Origin: an uncultured delta proteobacterium
GTDB lineage: Bacteria > Desulfobacterota > RBG-13-43-22
Direction of reading: 5' to 3'
NCBI GenBank assembly: GCA_963802945.1
Contig: CAWDKY010000001.1
Span: forward strand, 1 to 31,882
DNA: 31,882 bases
Part shown: piece by piece, positions 17,854 to 28,563 of the stretch
How positions within the stretch are numbered: the first letter of the stretch is position 1
How the letters are laid out: each line of letters opens with the position of its first letter
Translations under genes and position numbers: made by a program
The notes under the pieces: model-generated
What the model was told of the DNA's origin: nothing
What the model saw: only the letters and a program-made list of their open reading frames with translations
Database searches by the model: none

Positions 17854-19050
17854 ATGATTTACATCATCATTGGAAACGGGGTTGCCGGAACGACCGCAGC
17901 CGAGACTATCAGAAAAAACGACCCCCAGGGTGAAATTAAAATCTTCAGCGCTGAAGCCTATCCTTTCTATAGCCGCATACGCCTGATGGAATACTTAGCC
18001 GGAGGGATAGAACTCCCGAAACTTCAGATCCGCTCTGATGCCTGGTATAATAATCAAAAAATAAAGCTTTTCCTGAACAGCAAAGTGGTTGATATTGATG
18101 CCGCCAAAAAAGAAGTCATAACTCAATCAGGAGAGCGACACGTTTTTGACAAACTCCTCTTGGCCGACGGCGCTCACTCTTTTGTCCCGCCCATAAAAGG
18201 GGCTGAAAAGAAGGGCGTTTTCACCCTGCGCAATATCAAAGACGCTCAAGAGATCAAGGCCTTTGCCGCAGGCAAGGCCCAGGCTCTGCTCATCGGAGGT
18301 GGACTCTTGGGGTTGGAAGCGGGAAACGGCCTTCGAAAAACCGGATTGAAGGTGTCCGTGGTTGAATTTTCTCCCCGCCTTCTTCCCCGTCAAACCGATC
18401 CGGCCTGTGCCTCCCTGCTTCAGACCCGTTTGGAGCAGATGGGTTTTTCTTTTTATCTGGGAGCGGCCTCCAAAGAAATCGAAGGTGAGGCTCAAGTGAA
18501 AGGGCTGCTATTGGAAGACGGCCGCCGGATAGAGGCCGATCTGATTATTATCTCCGCCGGGGTCAGACCCAATTTGGAACTGGCTCAAAAATTGGGCTTA
18601 AAAATAGGAAAGGGAATTCCGGTTTCAGATCAGATGGAAACCGAGATTCCGGGAATTTACGGGGCCGGCGACAGCATCGAACACCAGGGGAGGCTCTACG
18701 GCATCTGGCCGGCCTCGGAAAAACAAGGGGAAACTGCCGGTCTGAATATGGCCGGAAAGCCTACGGCCTATAAAGGCACCACCCCTTCCAACCTGCTCAA
18801 GGTGGCCGGTATCGATTTATTGGCCTCCGGTGACATTGATCCTGACGGTAAACTGGAATCCTTTGTAGATCAAAATCAAAAAATCGGGACTTATCGGAAG
18901 ATGGTCATCAGTGATAATACCATCGTAGGTTGTTTGCTTTTCGGCACCTTGGAAGGCCGTAAAAAAATATTAAAGGCCATGGAAGAAAAGAAAAATATTT
19001 CCGCCGTTAAAGACCGCCTGGCACAGTTTGATCTGGAAACTTTGAATTAA
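17854..19050 (+). CDS. NAD(P)/FAD-dependent oxidoreductase (NADH:rubredoxin reductase / NirB N-terminal-like)
   Basis: IIGNGVAG (FAD), YSRIRL, IGGGLLGLE (NAD), GVRPN, IYGAGD, LKVAGIDL. Confidence 0.88.
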   Translation: MIYIIIGNGVAGTTAAETIRKNDPQGEIKIFSAEAYPFYSRIRLMEYLAGGIELPKLQIRSDAWYNNQKIKLFLNSKVVDIDAAKKEVITQSGERHVFDKLLLADGAHSFVPPIKGAEKKGVFTLRNIKDAQEIKAFAAGKAQALLIGGGLLGLEAGNGLRKTGLKVSVVEFSPRLLPRQTDPACASLLQTRLEQMGFSFYLGAASKEIEGEAQVKGLLLEDGRRIEADLIIISAGVRPNLELAQKLGLKIGKGIPVSDQMETEIPGIYGAGDSIEHQGRLYGIWPASEKQGETAGLNMAGKPTAYKGTTPSNLLKVAGIDLLASGDIDPDGKLESFVDQNQKIGTYRKMVISDNTIVGCLLFGTLEGRKKILKAMEEKKNISAVKDRLAQFDLETLN

Positions 19051-19496
19051 AATATCAAAAACCATTCATAGCTCAAACCTGAAGGCTTAAGGAAAACGCT
19101 TTTTCTTTGTGCTATAATATCCAGAAGTTGACTTTATGGACATTACCAATTGAAATAACGACTTCTTCCTTGTAATGTTGATTTTGAAATTAGACCTTCC
19201 CTACCAGATTTCAGACGCAAATCAATTAGAAAAGTCCATCCCTGCAAAGTCCTTTTTCTCCAGAAGACCCCTTCTATCTCCTTACCTTTGGCCTTGTTTT
19301 TATCCTTGACCGTGCCTTTTTCTTATTTTATACTTCCCCCGTTCAAAAGCAATATCTTATCAAATAGCCTTTACCTTGGATACATCAGCCACGTTATCGG
19401 CGGACTACAGAAGGGGGCCATGCGCAGGCTGGACGATAGGCTTCAAACGAAGATACGAGCCAATGATTCCATTAGCAAAAAAGAGGATTTGAAGGG

Positions 19497-19568
19497 AGCC
19501 AGCGGGCAGAGTCGAACTGACGACCGGCGGTTTACGAAACCGCCGCTCTACCATTGAGCTGCGCTGGT
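19497..19568 (-). tRNA. tRNA-Thr(CGT), degenerate / possible pseudo-tRNA
   Basis: Cloverleaf ACCAGCG CA GCTC AATGGTA GAGC G GCGGT TTCGTAA ACCGC CGGTC GTCAG TTCGACT CTGCC CGCTGGC T; has an A1-C72 mismatch, C at position 8, a T-stem mismatch and no encoded CCA. Confidence 0.8.
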
Positions 19569-19823
19569 ACGTGAAGCTATCGATAATTGCTTGGCGTTAT
19601 TTTTCCGGGAAAATCCTGCAGGCAGTAATCCAACAAGGCCATGGCATCTTCCTGCAGGCCACTTATTTATATGAGAACAGGCACCCGTTGTAAAAGCTGT
19701 ATTTGCCGGGCCTGAGCCTCAGTGATCACCTCAGGTTTCGCACCCCTTATTAACATTAAACCGGCAAATTCATGGCGTTATATGGTCGAATCAACAGCCG
19801 TAGGAGAGGACTTGGTACTTACA

Positions 19824-19852
19824 TTGACGTAGGCGTTGCCAGGGGATATTAT
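19824..19852 (+). promoter_or_regulatory. Putative sigma70 promoter of the catabolic operon
   Basis: TTGACG-N17-TATTAT, about 100 nt before the TTG start. Confidence 0.5.
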
Positions 19853-19952
19853 CATAATCAATAGCAGTACTAATAATAATCACCCCGTGGTGAATTGTAA
19901 TGAGTCATCTCAGGTGATTGAGCAAAAAGCTTTAAAATATTTGAGGCGGTAA

Positions 19953-21836
19953 TTGAATTTCGAAGCCATTCGGACAGCCCGTGAGAAAAGGGCAGCTGTC
20001 ATTGCTGCCTGTGGCGGACTCATCGGCGCGGTCGGTCAGGGCAGGGTACCTTCAAAGCTCGATATTACGGTTTCTGAAGCGCTTGTCCTGGGACTGATCA
20101 AGCAGAACGTCCGAACCTTCTTCGCTGTATTCGGGCATGGAAGTACGGACCTGGCCGAAGTGCTCCGTATCTACCAGCAGCAAGGCCTGGTAAAGGTACT
20201 GAACACCCGCAGCGAGGTCGAGGCATCCCACGCTGCAACTGCCCTGCGCTGGGTCACCGATCAGAAATCTGCCGTTGTCACCTCCATAGGGCCGGGCGCC
20301 CTGCAGGCGCTGGCGGCCTCGCTGGTGCCGGCATCCGACGGTTTGGGCATCTGGTATATACTCGGGGATGAGACCACCGATGACGAGGGGCCAAACATGC
20401 AGCAGATCCCTCGCTATGAACAGGACCTGTTCCTACGCCTTTTTTCTACCATGGGGCAGGCTTATTCCCTGCATACTCCCGGGGCCATCTCGACAGCGCT
20501 GAGGCGGGGACAATCCGCCGTGGACCATCCCTTCCGGGCCGGTCCTTTTTTTCTACTCTTGCCAATGAATATCCAGCCTGTTTTGATCGACAGGTTCAAC
20601 CTGCGCGAGCTTCCTACAGCATTTACTGTTAAATCTGCAGCCGCGGAGGCCGATTATGCCACTGCCGCTGACTGGTGCCTATCAGCGAAAAAAGTAGCTT
20701 TGCGAGTCGGGGGCGGAGCGCGCCATGCGGGCCCTGAAATCGCCGAATTGCTCGATCTTGTGGATGGAATGGCAATAATCTCGCCGCTGGCCTCCGGCGC
20801 CATACCTTACAGCAATCCCCGCCATATGACGGTGGGAGGCTCCAAAGGCACCCTCTGCGGAAACTATGCTATGGAGCACGCAGACCTGCTGCTGGCCATA
20901 GGCTCCCGCTTCGTCTGCCAGTCCGACTGCTCACGCACCGCCTACCCAAAAGTTCAGCGTGTCATCAATATAAACACCGAAACTGAAGCGGCACTGCACT
21001 ACAGCGATACGCTGCCGCTGGTCGGGGATGCCCGGCTTACACTGCAAAGGTTGCTGAAAGAGCTAAAAAAGAAGCAGGCCAAGAGTAACAATCAGCCTTC
21101 GTCATGGTTTAAGGCCTGCAGCCGTCAGCGTCAGGCCTGGAAAAAATACAAGCAGCAACGTTATAATCACCCCACCCTTTTCGATGAGAAATGGAAAAGG
21201 GAATTGCTCACTCAGCCAGCTGCTATCAAGGCCGCCAGCGATTGGGCCGGGGCGAAAGGCGTGGTCAAGTTCTTCGACGCCGGCGATGTGCAGGCCAACG
21301 GTTTTCAGATCGTGGAAGACGAAGAGCCGGGCTTCACCTTCACGGACACCGGCGCCAGCTATATGGGGTTTGCCGCGTCAGCCCTGCTCTCAACTGCTGC
21401 CTCCGAGAAGAAATTTTTCGGCCTGGCCTTCACGGGAGACGGCTCCTTCACCATGAACCCGCAGATCTTGATAGATGGGGTACAGCATGGCGCCAGGGGT
21501 TGTATACTGCTGCTGGATAATCGACGCATGAGCGCCATCACGGGGTTGCAGAAAGCCCAGTACAATCACGAGTTTGCTACCGACGACTCGGTTGTTGTAG
21601 ACTATGTGGCCTGGGCCAAGGCAGTAAAAGGCGTACAGGCCATGAGCGGCGGATTTTCCAGGAGCTCGTTATTAAAAGCTCTGGAAAAAGCGTATAGGTA
21701 TGACGGGCTTTCGTTGGTACATGTGCCGGTATATTCAGGAGATAACGAACTGGGCGGGATGGGTGTCTTCGGGCGCTGGAATGTAGGAAACTTGTGCGAG
21801 AGCACTCAGGCTTTGCGTCACGAAATCGGGCTATGA
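19953..21836 (+). CDS. ThDP-dependent enzyme, IolD-like (trihydroxycyclohexanedione acylhydrolase family)
   Basis: FAVFGHG, TSIGPGA, QQI, DAGDVQ, SYMGF and the ThDP motif GDGSF...DN. Confidence 0.7.
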   Translation: MNFEAIRTAREKRAAVIAACGGLIGAVGQGRVPSKLDITVSEALVLGLIKQNVRTFFAVFGHGSTDLAEVLRIYQQQGLVKVLNTRSEVEASHAATALRWVTDQKSAVVTSIGPGALQALAASLVPASDGLGIWYILGDETTDDEGPNMQQIPRYEQDLFLRLFSTMGQAYSLHTPGAISTALRRGQSAVDHPFRAGPFFLLLPMNIQPVLIDRFNLRELPTAFTVKSAAAEADYATAADWCLSAKKVALRVGGGARHAGPEIAELLDLVDGMAIISPLASGAIPYSNPRHMTVGGSKGTLCGNYAMEHADLLLAIGSRFVCQSDCSRTAYPKVQRVININTETEAALHYSDTLPLVGDARLTLQRLLKELKKKQAKSNNQPSSWFKACSRQRQAWKKYKQQRYNHPTLFDEKWKRELLTQPAAIKAASDWAGAKGVVKFFDAGDVQANGFQIVEDEEPGFTFTDTGASYMGFAASALLSTAASEKKFFGLAFTGDGSFTMNPQILIDGVQHGARGCILLLDNRRMSAITGLQKAQYNHEFATDDSVVVDYVAWAKAVKGVQAMSGGFSRSSLLKALEKAYRYDGLSLVHVPVYSGDNELGGMGVFGRWNVGNLCESTQALRHEIGL

Positions 21837-21850
21837 GAAATTAGGGTTTT

Positions 21851-22693
21851 ATGACGATAGAATATAGCGATCAACAGATCAGGGAGCTTGAGCAGATTGC
21901 AGTAGCTTTGAGGCGCGATAGCTTGAGGATGATTTATCAACGTCAGGCAGGACATCCGGGCGGCTCGCTCTCGGCCGCCGATATCATGGCCGTGCTCTAT
22001 TTCAATACCATGCGGATTGATCCTCAAAATCCGAACTGGCCGGACCGAGATCGTTTCATCCTGAGCAAGGGACATGCCTCGGCGCTGCTATATTCCACTC
22101 TGGCGCGACGCGGGTTTTTCCCAGCCTCTGACCTCGATCACTGGGGCGAGCTGACCTGCCACCTGCAAGGACACCCGGACCGACTGAAAACCCCGGGGGT
22201 TGACCTGACCAGCGGTATATTGGGCCACGGCATAGCGGTTGGAGCGGGACTGGCGTTGGCGGCAAATCTGCAGAGCAGGAATTATCGAGTATACGTTCTG
22301 CTGGGGGACGGCGAGTGCCAGGGAGGCCTAGTCTGGGAAGGAGCCAACGCCTGCGCCAAATTCGGCCTGGCCAATCTGACAGCAATCGTGGACTATAACA
22401 AAGTCCAGCTCGACGGACCACTGCAAGAGATAATGCCGATGGAGCCTTTTGCTGATAAATGGCGTTCCTTCCGCTGGAATGTGATCGAAATCGATGGGCA
22501 CAGTATAGGGCAGATACTGGCTTCCCTGGATCAAGCCCATTATGTAAAAGAAAGGCCCAGCGTCATCATCGCTAATACCATTAAAGGTAAGGGTGTCTCC
22601 TTCATGGAAAACAAGGCCCAATGGCACGGCATAGCGCCGAACAAAGAGCAATTTGAGGCTGCCATGGCTGAACTGAGGGGAGGAGGCAAATAA
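21851..22693 (+). CDS. Transketolase, N-terminal (ThDP-binding) subunit
   Basis: GHPGGSLS, RDRFILSKGH, LQGHP, GDGECQGG..WE, KGKGVSFME. Confidence 0.92.
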   Translation: MTIEYSDQQIRELEQIAVALRRDSLRMIYQRQAGHPGGSLSAADIMAVLYFNTMRIDPQNPNWPDRDRFILSKGHASALLYSTLARRGFFPASDLDHWGELTCHLQGHPDRLKTPGVDLTSGILGHGIAVGAGLALAANLQSRNYRVYVLLGDGECQGGLVWEGANACAKFGLANLTAIVDYNKVQLDGPLQEIMPMEPFADKWRSFRWNVIEIDGHSIGQILASLDQAHYVKERPSVIIANTIKGKGVSFMENKAQWHGIAPNKEQFEAAMAELRGGGK

Positions 22694-22694
22694 C

Positions 22695-23639
22695 ATGAGC
22701 AACCCGGCCATGCGCGAAGCCTATGGCCAGGCCCTGGCGGACTACGGTGAGGCCAATCCTGCGGCGGTAGTGCTGGATGCCGACACGTCGTCCTCCACCC
22801 TCTCCAGCTATTTCGCATCACGTTTCCCCAGGCGTTTTTTCAATGTCGGCATTGCAGAGCCATGTCTGATAGATATGAGCGCCGGGCTGGCAATGGGGGG
22901 TATGCTGCCCTTCGTTAACGCCTTCGCCGCTCTGGTTGCACTGCGGGCGCTCGAGCCGATACGCACCTGTATATGTTATAACCGGGCCAATGTCAAAATT
23001 GCGGCCAGCTATGCCGGCGTCTCGGATTTCAAGGATGGGCCGACGCATCATGCCATCACGGATATCGCCATCATGCGTTCTTTGCCCGAGATGACCGTTA
23101 TCGTTCCCGCCGATGCGGGAGAGGCTGCAGCCCTGGTTAAATTGGTGGCTGAATATAATGGGCCCGTCTATTTACGGCTTAACCGCTCGGCTACACAACC
23201 CGTTTCACAACCCGGTGATAACCTGCATATAGGGAGGGGTATTGTGCGCAGACCAGGGAGTGATGTTACCATAATTGCCTGCGGATCCATGGTCGGGCGC
23301 AGCCTGCAGGCCGCAGACCTATTGGCTGATCGTGGAGTCGAGGCCTGCGTGCTGGATATGCACACCGTCAAGCCGCTCGATAATAACTTAATCCTGAAGA
23401 TGGTCGGAGATACCGGTAGAGTGGTCACAGCAGAGGAACATACGGTGATAGGCGGACTGGGATCGGCGGTAGCCGAACTTCTGGCGCAGGAGATGCCTGT
23501 GCCTCAGGCCTGCGTGGGCATCAAGGACACCTTCGCCTGCACCGGGCCCGACCCCGAGGCCATCATGGATGCCTACGGTCTTGGCGCCAGGGACATCGCC
23601 GATGCCGCTTTGAGAGTTATGGAGAAAAAAAAGAAATAA
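22695..23639 (+). CDS. Transketolase, C-terminal subunit
   Basis: FNVGIAE, DGPTHH, GPVYLRL, TVKPLD, EEH.VIGGLGSAV. Confidence 0.92.
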   Translation: MSNPAMREAYGQALADYGEANPAAVVLDADTSSSTLSSYFASRFPRRFFNVGIAEPCLIDMSAGLAMGGMLPFVNAFAALVALRALEPIRTCICYNRANVKIAASYAGVSDFKDGPTHHAITDIAIMRSLPEMTVIVPADAGEAAALVKLVAEYNGPVYLRLNRSATQPVSQPGDNLHIGRGIVRRPGSDVTIIACGSMVGRSLQAADLLADRGVEACVLDMHTVKPLDNNLILKMVGDTGRVVTAEEHTVIGGLGSAVAELLAQEMPVPQACVGIKDTFACTGPDPEAIMDAYGLGARDIADAALRVMEKKKK

Positions 23640-23651
23640 TCTGGAGGAAAG

Positions 23652-24287
23652 ATGCGTATAGCTGTTATCAGCGAGACCAGCGCCGCAGATAAAAATAGCG
23701 ATATCATAACGGCCCTGGACGGATTGGGACACGAGGTGGTCAACGTCGGCATGAAAAAAAGCGGCCAGCAGACCGAGCTATCTTACATTCATACCGGCTT
23801 GATGGCCGCCATATTACTTAATGCCGGGACTGTTGATTTTGTAGTAGGCGGCTGCGGCACGGGGCAGGGTTTCCTCAATTCGGTCATGCAATACCCGGGC
23901 ATCGCTTGCGGACTGATACGGTCGCCTCTCGATGGCTGGCTTTTCATGCAGATTAACGGCGGAAACTGCATTTCGCTGGAGCTCAACCAGGGATATGGGT
24001 GGGCGGGAGACATGAACCTGAAGTTCATCTTCGAAAAACTGTTCAGTGTGGAAAAAGGCTTCGGCTATCCGCCGCAGCGGCGTGAACCGCAGAGACAATC
24101 GCGATTGCTTCTGGAAAAACTCAACAACCTCACCCACAAAAATATGCCGGAAATTATCCCATTGCTTCCGGAAGATATCATAGGCACCGTCGTTAATTAT
24201 CCCGGGTTTTTACCTTTACTGGAATCAAGGGCGAAAGCCGGTCAGGCGATCTTATCCGCATTGAGGAAAAGAGCGCAAGGCAGTTAA
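23652..24287 (+). CDS. RpiB/LacAB-family isomerase with C-terminal extension (DhuI-like ketol-isomerase)
   Basis: MRIAVISE.S...KN, AILLN.G.VDFVVGGCGTGQG, QINGGN, GYGW, GYP..R.EPQ; 211 aa, longer than a plain RpiB. Confidence 0.8.
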   Translation: MRIAVISETSAADKNSDIITALDGLGHEVVNVGMKKSGQQTELSYIHTGLMAAILLNAGTVDFVVGGCGTGQGFLNSVMQYPGIACGLIRSPLDGWLFMQINGGNCISLELNQGYGWAGDMNLKFIFEKLFSVEKGFGYPPQRREPQRQSRLLLEKLNNLTHKNMPEIIPLLPEDIIGTVVNYPGFLPLLESRAKAGQAILSALRKRAQGS

Positions 24288-24325
24288 ATGAATTGAACAG
24301 ACCATGATAAAAAGGGGTTGGAAAA

Positions 24326-25402
24326 ATGAGCGCAAAACCAGTAAATGTCGCTATCGTCGGCTGCGGCCGTATCTCTGACCTGCATGAACTGGGGTATCGC
24401 GGACGGGAAGACGCCAAGATCACGGCCGTATGCGATACGAACAGAGGCCGCGCCAAGGCCAAAGCTAAAGCATGGGGAGTGGAAAAGGTTTTCCATGACT
24501 ATAACCGGTTGCTGGATGACAGGGACATAAATCTGGTTGAGCTGCTCGTGCCGCATCACCTCCATGCCGAGATGACCATAGCTGCCTGCAGGGCAGGCAA
24601 GCATGTCAGCGTGCAAAAACCTATGGCCACCTGCGTCGGCGACGCAGACCGCATGATAGAAGCGGCGCAGAAGGCCGGCGTATTGTTGCGGATATATGAG
24701 ACGTTCGTATTCTATCCCCCGGCCGTACAGGCCAAAAAAATGATCGACGCCGGAGAGATAGGGAAGCCGCAGATGCTGCGCATGCACGTCAATACCGGTA
24801 AAACTGCCAATGGCTGGGACGTTCCCTTAAGTGCCTGGGTCTGGCGTTTCAGTGATAAAAAGTGCGGCGGCGGTCCACTTGTTTTCGACCACGGATATCA
24901 CCTCTTCTCACTGGCCTATTACCTGATGGGACCGGTCGAAAGGGTACATGCCTGGATAGACCATACTGCCGTTATACCCGGCATCAACCTGGATGCGCCT
25001 GCGGTGATTTCATTTCAGTTCAAAGGCAAGAGGCGTTACGGCCTATTCGATGTCGAGCATACCCCCAATATGGAGATGGCGTCTAAATATTATGTCGATG
25101 ATGACAGAATTGAAATCATCGGCGACAGAGGGACCATTTTTATCAACCGCTATACCACTCGGACCGTTGATCTGCCCGAGTTGATGATCTTTTGCAATGG
25201 AAAAACGACGGCCTGCGAGGTGCCCCGGGTGGACTGGGCAGATAGTTTTATTGACTGTACACGGCATATGATCGATGTTATTCAAAAGGGCGGCAGGCCG
25301 GTCCTCGACGGCCCGCAAGGCAAAGCAGTATTGCAGTTCGCTCTGGCGGCGTTGGAATCGTCTAAAACAGGCCGAGAGGTAAAGCCGGACGATTTGAAAT
25401 AA
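24326..25402 (+). CDS. Gfo/Idh/MocA-family NAD(P)-dependent oxidoreductase
   Basis: [33 protein letters not shown]. Confidence 0.9.
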   Translation: MSAKPVNVAIVGCGRISDLHELGYRGREDAKITAVCDTNRGRAKAKAKAWGVEKVFHDYNRLLDDRDINLVELLVPHHLHAEMTIAACRAGKHVSVQKPMATCVGDADRMIEAAQKAGVLLRIYETFVFYPPAVQAKKMIDAGEIGKPQMLRMHVNTGKTANGWDVPLSAWVWRFSDKKCGGGPLVFDHGYHLFSLAYYLMGPVERVHAWIDHTAVIPGINLDAPAVISFQFKGKRRYGLFDVEHTPNMEMASKYYVDDDRIEIIGDRGTIFINRYTTRTVDLPELMIFCNGKTTACEVPRVDWADSFIDCTRHMIDVIQKGGRPVLDGPQGKAVLQFALAALESSKTGREVKPDDLK

Positions 25403-25430
25403 GCTATCGGGCAATCCGGGAGGTTTATCT

Positions 25431-26909
25431 ATGGGTCATAACCTTGAAATGCTGAACTATATCGGGGGAAAGTGGCAGCTTTCCAGTAGTGCTGATCACC
25501 AGGATGTGGTCAATCCGGCCACGGCCGAGGTGCTGGGACGCGTGCCGCTCTCACCGGCGGTTGATATTAACCTGGCCGCTCAAGCGGCTTCCGATGCTTT
25601 TATACAATGGAGACAAACTCCCGCTGCTGACCGTGTACAATTTCTCTTCAAACTGAAGATTCTATTGGAGGAGAGTTTCGAAGAGCTGGCACGCACGATT
25701 ACCATGGAATGCGGGAAGACGATCGACGAGTCCAGGGGCGAGATACGCCGCCTGATCGAAAATGTGGAGGTGGCCTGCGGTATACCTCTATTGATGCAGG
25801 GCTATAATTCAGAGGATATCGCTCCCGGCATAGACGAGTTTATGATCCGCCAGCCGGTGGGCGTCTGCGCAGTGATCGCTCCCTTCAATTTCCCCGGCAT
25901 GGTCCCTTTCTGGTTCCTGCCATATGCCATAGCCTGTGGAAACACCTACATCGTAAAGCCTTCGGAGAGAGTTCCTCTGACCATGCAGAAGATATTCAGT
26001 CTCGTGGAGAAAACGGGTTTGCCGGCCGGGGTGCTTAATCTCGTGAACGGTTCTAAAGTTGCGGTCGATGCAATCCTGGACCATCCGGCCATACGGGCTA
26101 TCAGCTTTGTAGGCTCAACGCCTGTAGCCAGGTACGTTTACAGCCGGGCCACGGCCAACGGTAAACGCGCACAGTGCCAGGGCGGGGCTAAAAATCCGGT
26201 GGTTGTTCTGCCCGATGCCGACATGGATACCGCTACGCGTATCATCGCCGACAGCCTTTTCGGCTGCGCCGGCCAGCGCTGCCTGGCCGCTTCACTGGTG
26301 ATAACCGTGGGCGAAGCGCGGGGCATTTTTACGGAGGCCATTACCGGAGCCGCCAGCAGCAGGGTGGTTGGCTATGGTCTCGATGAGAAGGTTCAGATGG
26401 GGCCAGTGATCACGCCGCAGAGCAAAGATCGCATTGAAGCCTTGATCGGAAAAGGGCAGCAAGAGGGAGCGAAAATCCTGGTGGACGGGCGCAATACCCA
26501 CATCCCCGGCTATGAGCACGGCAACTTCGTACGCCCGACTGTTCTACAGGATGTGCCCCCCGATGGAGAGATCGTCAGAACGGAGATCTTCGGTCCTGTT
26601 CTGGGGATGCTGCAGGCTGACAACCTGGATCAGGCTATATCCATGATCAACAGCGGCAAATATGGAAATATGGCCTGCCTCTTCACTGGCAGCGGGCCTG
26701 CGGCACGCAAGTTCCGCTACGAGGTCATTGCCGGCAACATAGGAATAAATCTCGGCATTGCCGCGCCCATGGCCTTTTTCCCTTTCACGGGATGGAAAGA
26801 GAGCTTTTTTGGCGACTTACACGGGCAGGGTATGGATGCCGTGGAATTCTTTACACAAAAGAAAGTGGTCATCGAGCGCTGGCCCAAAGATTGGAAACGT
26901 AAGTTCTGA
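25431..26909 (+). CDS. mmsA: CoA-acylating (methyl)malonate-semialdehyde dehydrogenase (IolA/MmsA family)
   Basis: [54 protein letters not shown]. Confidence 0.88.
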   Translation: MGHNLEMLNYIGGKWQLSSSADHQDVVNPATAEVLGRVPLSPAVDINLAAQAASDAFIQWRQTPAADRVQFLFKLKILLEESFEELARTITMECGKTIDESRGEIRRLIENVEVACGIPLLMQGYNSEDIAPGIDEFMIRQPVGVCAVIAPFNFPGMVPFWFLPYAIACGNTYIVKPSERVPLTMQKIFSLVEKTGLPAGVLNLVNGSKVAVDAILDHPAIRAISFVGSTPVARYVYSRATANGKRAQCQGGAKNPVVVLPDADMDTATRIIADSLFGCAGQRCLAASLVITVGEARGIFTEAITGAASSRVVGYGLDEKVQMGPVITPQSKDRIEALIGKGQQEGAKILVDGRNTHIPGYEHGNFVRPTVLQDVPPDGEIVRTEIFGPVLGMLQADNLDQAISMINSGKYGNMACLFTGSGPAARKFRYEVIAGNIGINLGIAAPMAFFPFTGWKESFFGDLHGQGMDAVEFFTQKKVVIERWPKDWKRKF

Positions 26910-27186
26910 TAGTACATTAGATTATTTTACGGGTGCGAGTTAAATTGCCTGGTCTTTATATTGTTAATCTTACATTGAAAGAAGAAAGCGGTTAGCGCCT
27001 CTTATCCCGGCTTGATGATGTCTAAGTGATCGCCGGAATCCGGCGAGAGGTTGAACAATGATCTCGACCTGTGCAAGAATTGAGGATACCTAAGGTCTAC
27101 TAGATTGGATTTCAAACCGACGGTGTACCTTCAGCTCATTACACGGCCGGGCGAAATAATTTTCTAAGGCTAATGACGAGGAGTTT

Positions 27187-28563
27187 ATGATGGAAGAAAA
27201 GAAGCTTTCGGTGGGAGTGAAGCTCGGCTACGGCATCTGCGACTTTGGCGGGAACCTGTTTTTCACAGCCACAGCCTTTGTGCTGATGAACTACCTTACC
27301 GATTCGGTGGGCCTTTCGGCTGCGCTGGCAGGCATAGCGTTGATGGTGGGCAGGCTGTGGGACGCCTTCTATGACCCTGTCATAGGCTTTATTTCCGATA
27401 AAACGGCGACAAAAATGGGCCGACGCAGGCCTTTCATGCTGGGCGGCGCTATCCCCCTTTTCATCGCCATGGTGATCATGTTTACCAATCCGGCCCTCAT
27501 CGCCGGCGCCGGTATAAGCCAGACGATGCTTTTTATCTACGTTATGGTAGCTTACATTATACTGTGCACAGCCTACTCGACGGTGAACATCCCCTATTCT
27601 TCCCTGGCACCCGAGCTCACGACCGACTACCACGAGAGATCGTCGCTCAACGGTTACCGTTTCGGCTTCGCCGCCGTGGGTACGCTGCTAGGTGCCGGCC
27701 TGGCCCTGCCCATAGTGGGCCTGGCGCCGGACAAGAACCTGGGTTTTGTGCTGATGGGCATCGTCTTCGCTACGGTAATGCTGGCCTCCGCACTGGTTAC
27801 CATATTTACAGTAAAAGAACCGGTGCAATTGAAACCGGCCAAGACCACGGGCTTCGTCAAGACTTACACCCAGGTCTTTAAGAATCGACCTTACTTGTTG
27901 ATACTGCTTACCTACGTGTTACATATCCTGGCCATCACCATAGTCAGCGCTATCGCCATCTACTACTTCAAGTACATACTGGCCAAGGAGGGCATGACTA
28001 CCTTCGCCATGGTGATACTGATCGTTACGGCCATGATCTTTATCCCCGTCAGCGTCGTCCTGAGTAAGAAGGTAGGCAAGAAACTCGTGTACGGGGCAGG
28101 CTTTATCATCATGGCCGCCATGCTAATCACCATCTTCTTCCTGGGCCACATCCTGGGTGTAACCTTCATGCTTATAATAATGTTTTTCACCGGCATTGGC
28201 TTCGGTTTCACCTATGCCATGCCGTATGCCATCGTGGCCGATGCCATCGAGTTTGACTACTTGAAGACCGGTGAGCGCAGGGAAGGGGCATTTTTCGGCG
28301 CGTGGACGTGGGGACTGAAGATCGGTCAGGCGCTGGCCATCTTCGTCATGGGCGTGACATTGGAGGCCATGGGTTATGCGGCCAATGTCATGCCCCAGTT
28401 GCCCACCGCCCGGTTAGGCATAAGGCTTTTCCTGGGACCGATCTCCGCTGCTATATTTATCGCCGCCGCAGTAGTGCTGTATTTTTATCCGATAACCGAG
28501 CAGAGATATAAAGAGATCTGCAAGGAAATCGCTGAGATGGAAGCTAAAAGTCGCCAGGGCTGA
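27187..28563 (+). CDS. GPH-family (MelB/UidB-like) glycoside-pentoside-hexuronide:cation symporter
   Basis: GYGICDFG, RLWDAFYDP.IG.ISD, GRRRPF, NIPYSSL.PELT, TGERREG; about 12 hydrophobic segments. Confidence 0.9.
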   Translation: MMEEKKLSVGVKLGYGICDFGGNLFFTATAFVLMNYLTDSVGLSAALAGIALMVGRLWDAFYDPVIGFISDKTATKMGRRRPFMLGGAIPLFIAMVIMFTNPALIAGAGISQTMLFIYVMVAYIILCTAYSTVNIPYSSLAPELTTDYHERSSLNGYRFGFAAVGTLLGAGLALPIVGLAPDKNLGFVLMGIVFATVMLASALVTIFTVKEPVQLKPAKTTGFVKTYTQVFKNRPYLLILLTYVLHILAITIVSAIAIYYFKYILAKEGMTTFAMVILIVTAMIFIPVSVVLSKKVGKKLVYGAGFIIMAAMLITIFFLGHILGVTFMLIIMFFTGIGFGFTYAMPYAIVADAIEFDYLKTGERREGAFFGAWTWGLKIGQALAIFVMGVTLEAMGYAANVMPQLPTARLGIRLFLGPISAAIFIAAAVVLYFYPITEQRYKEICKEIAEMEAKSRQG

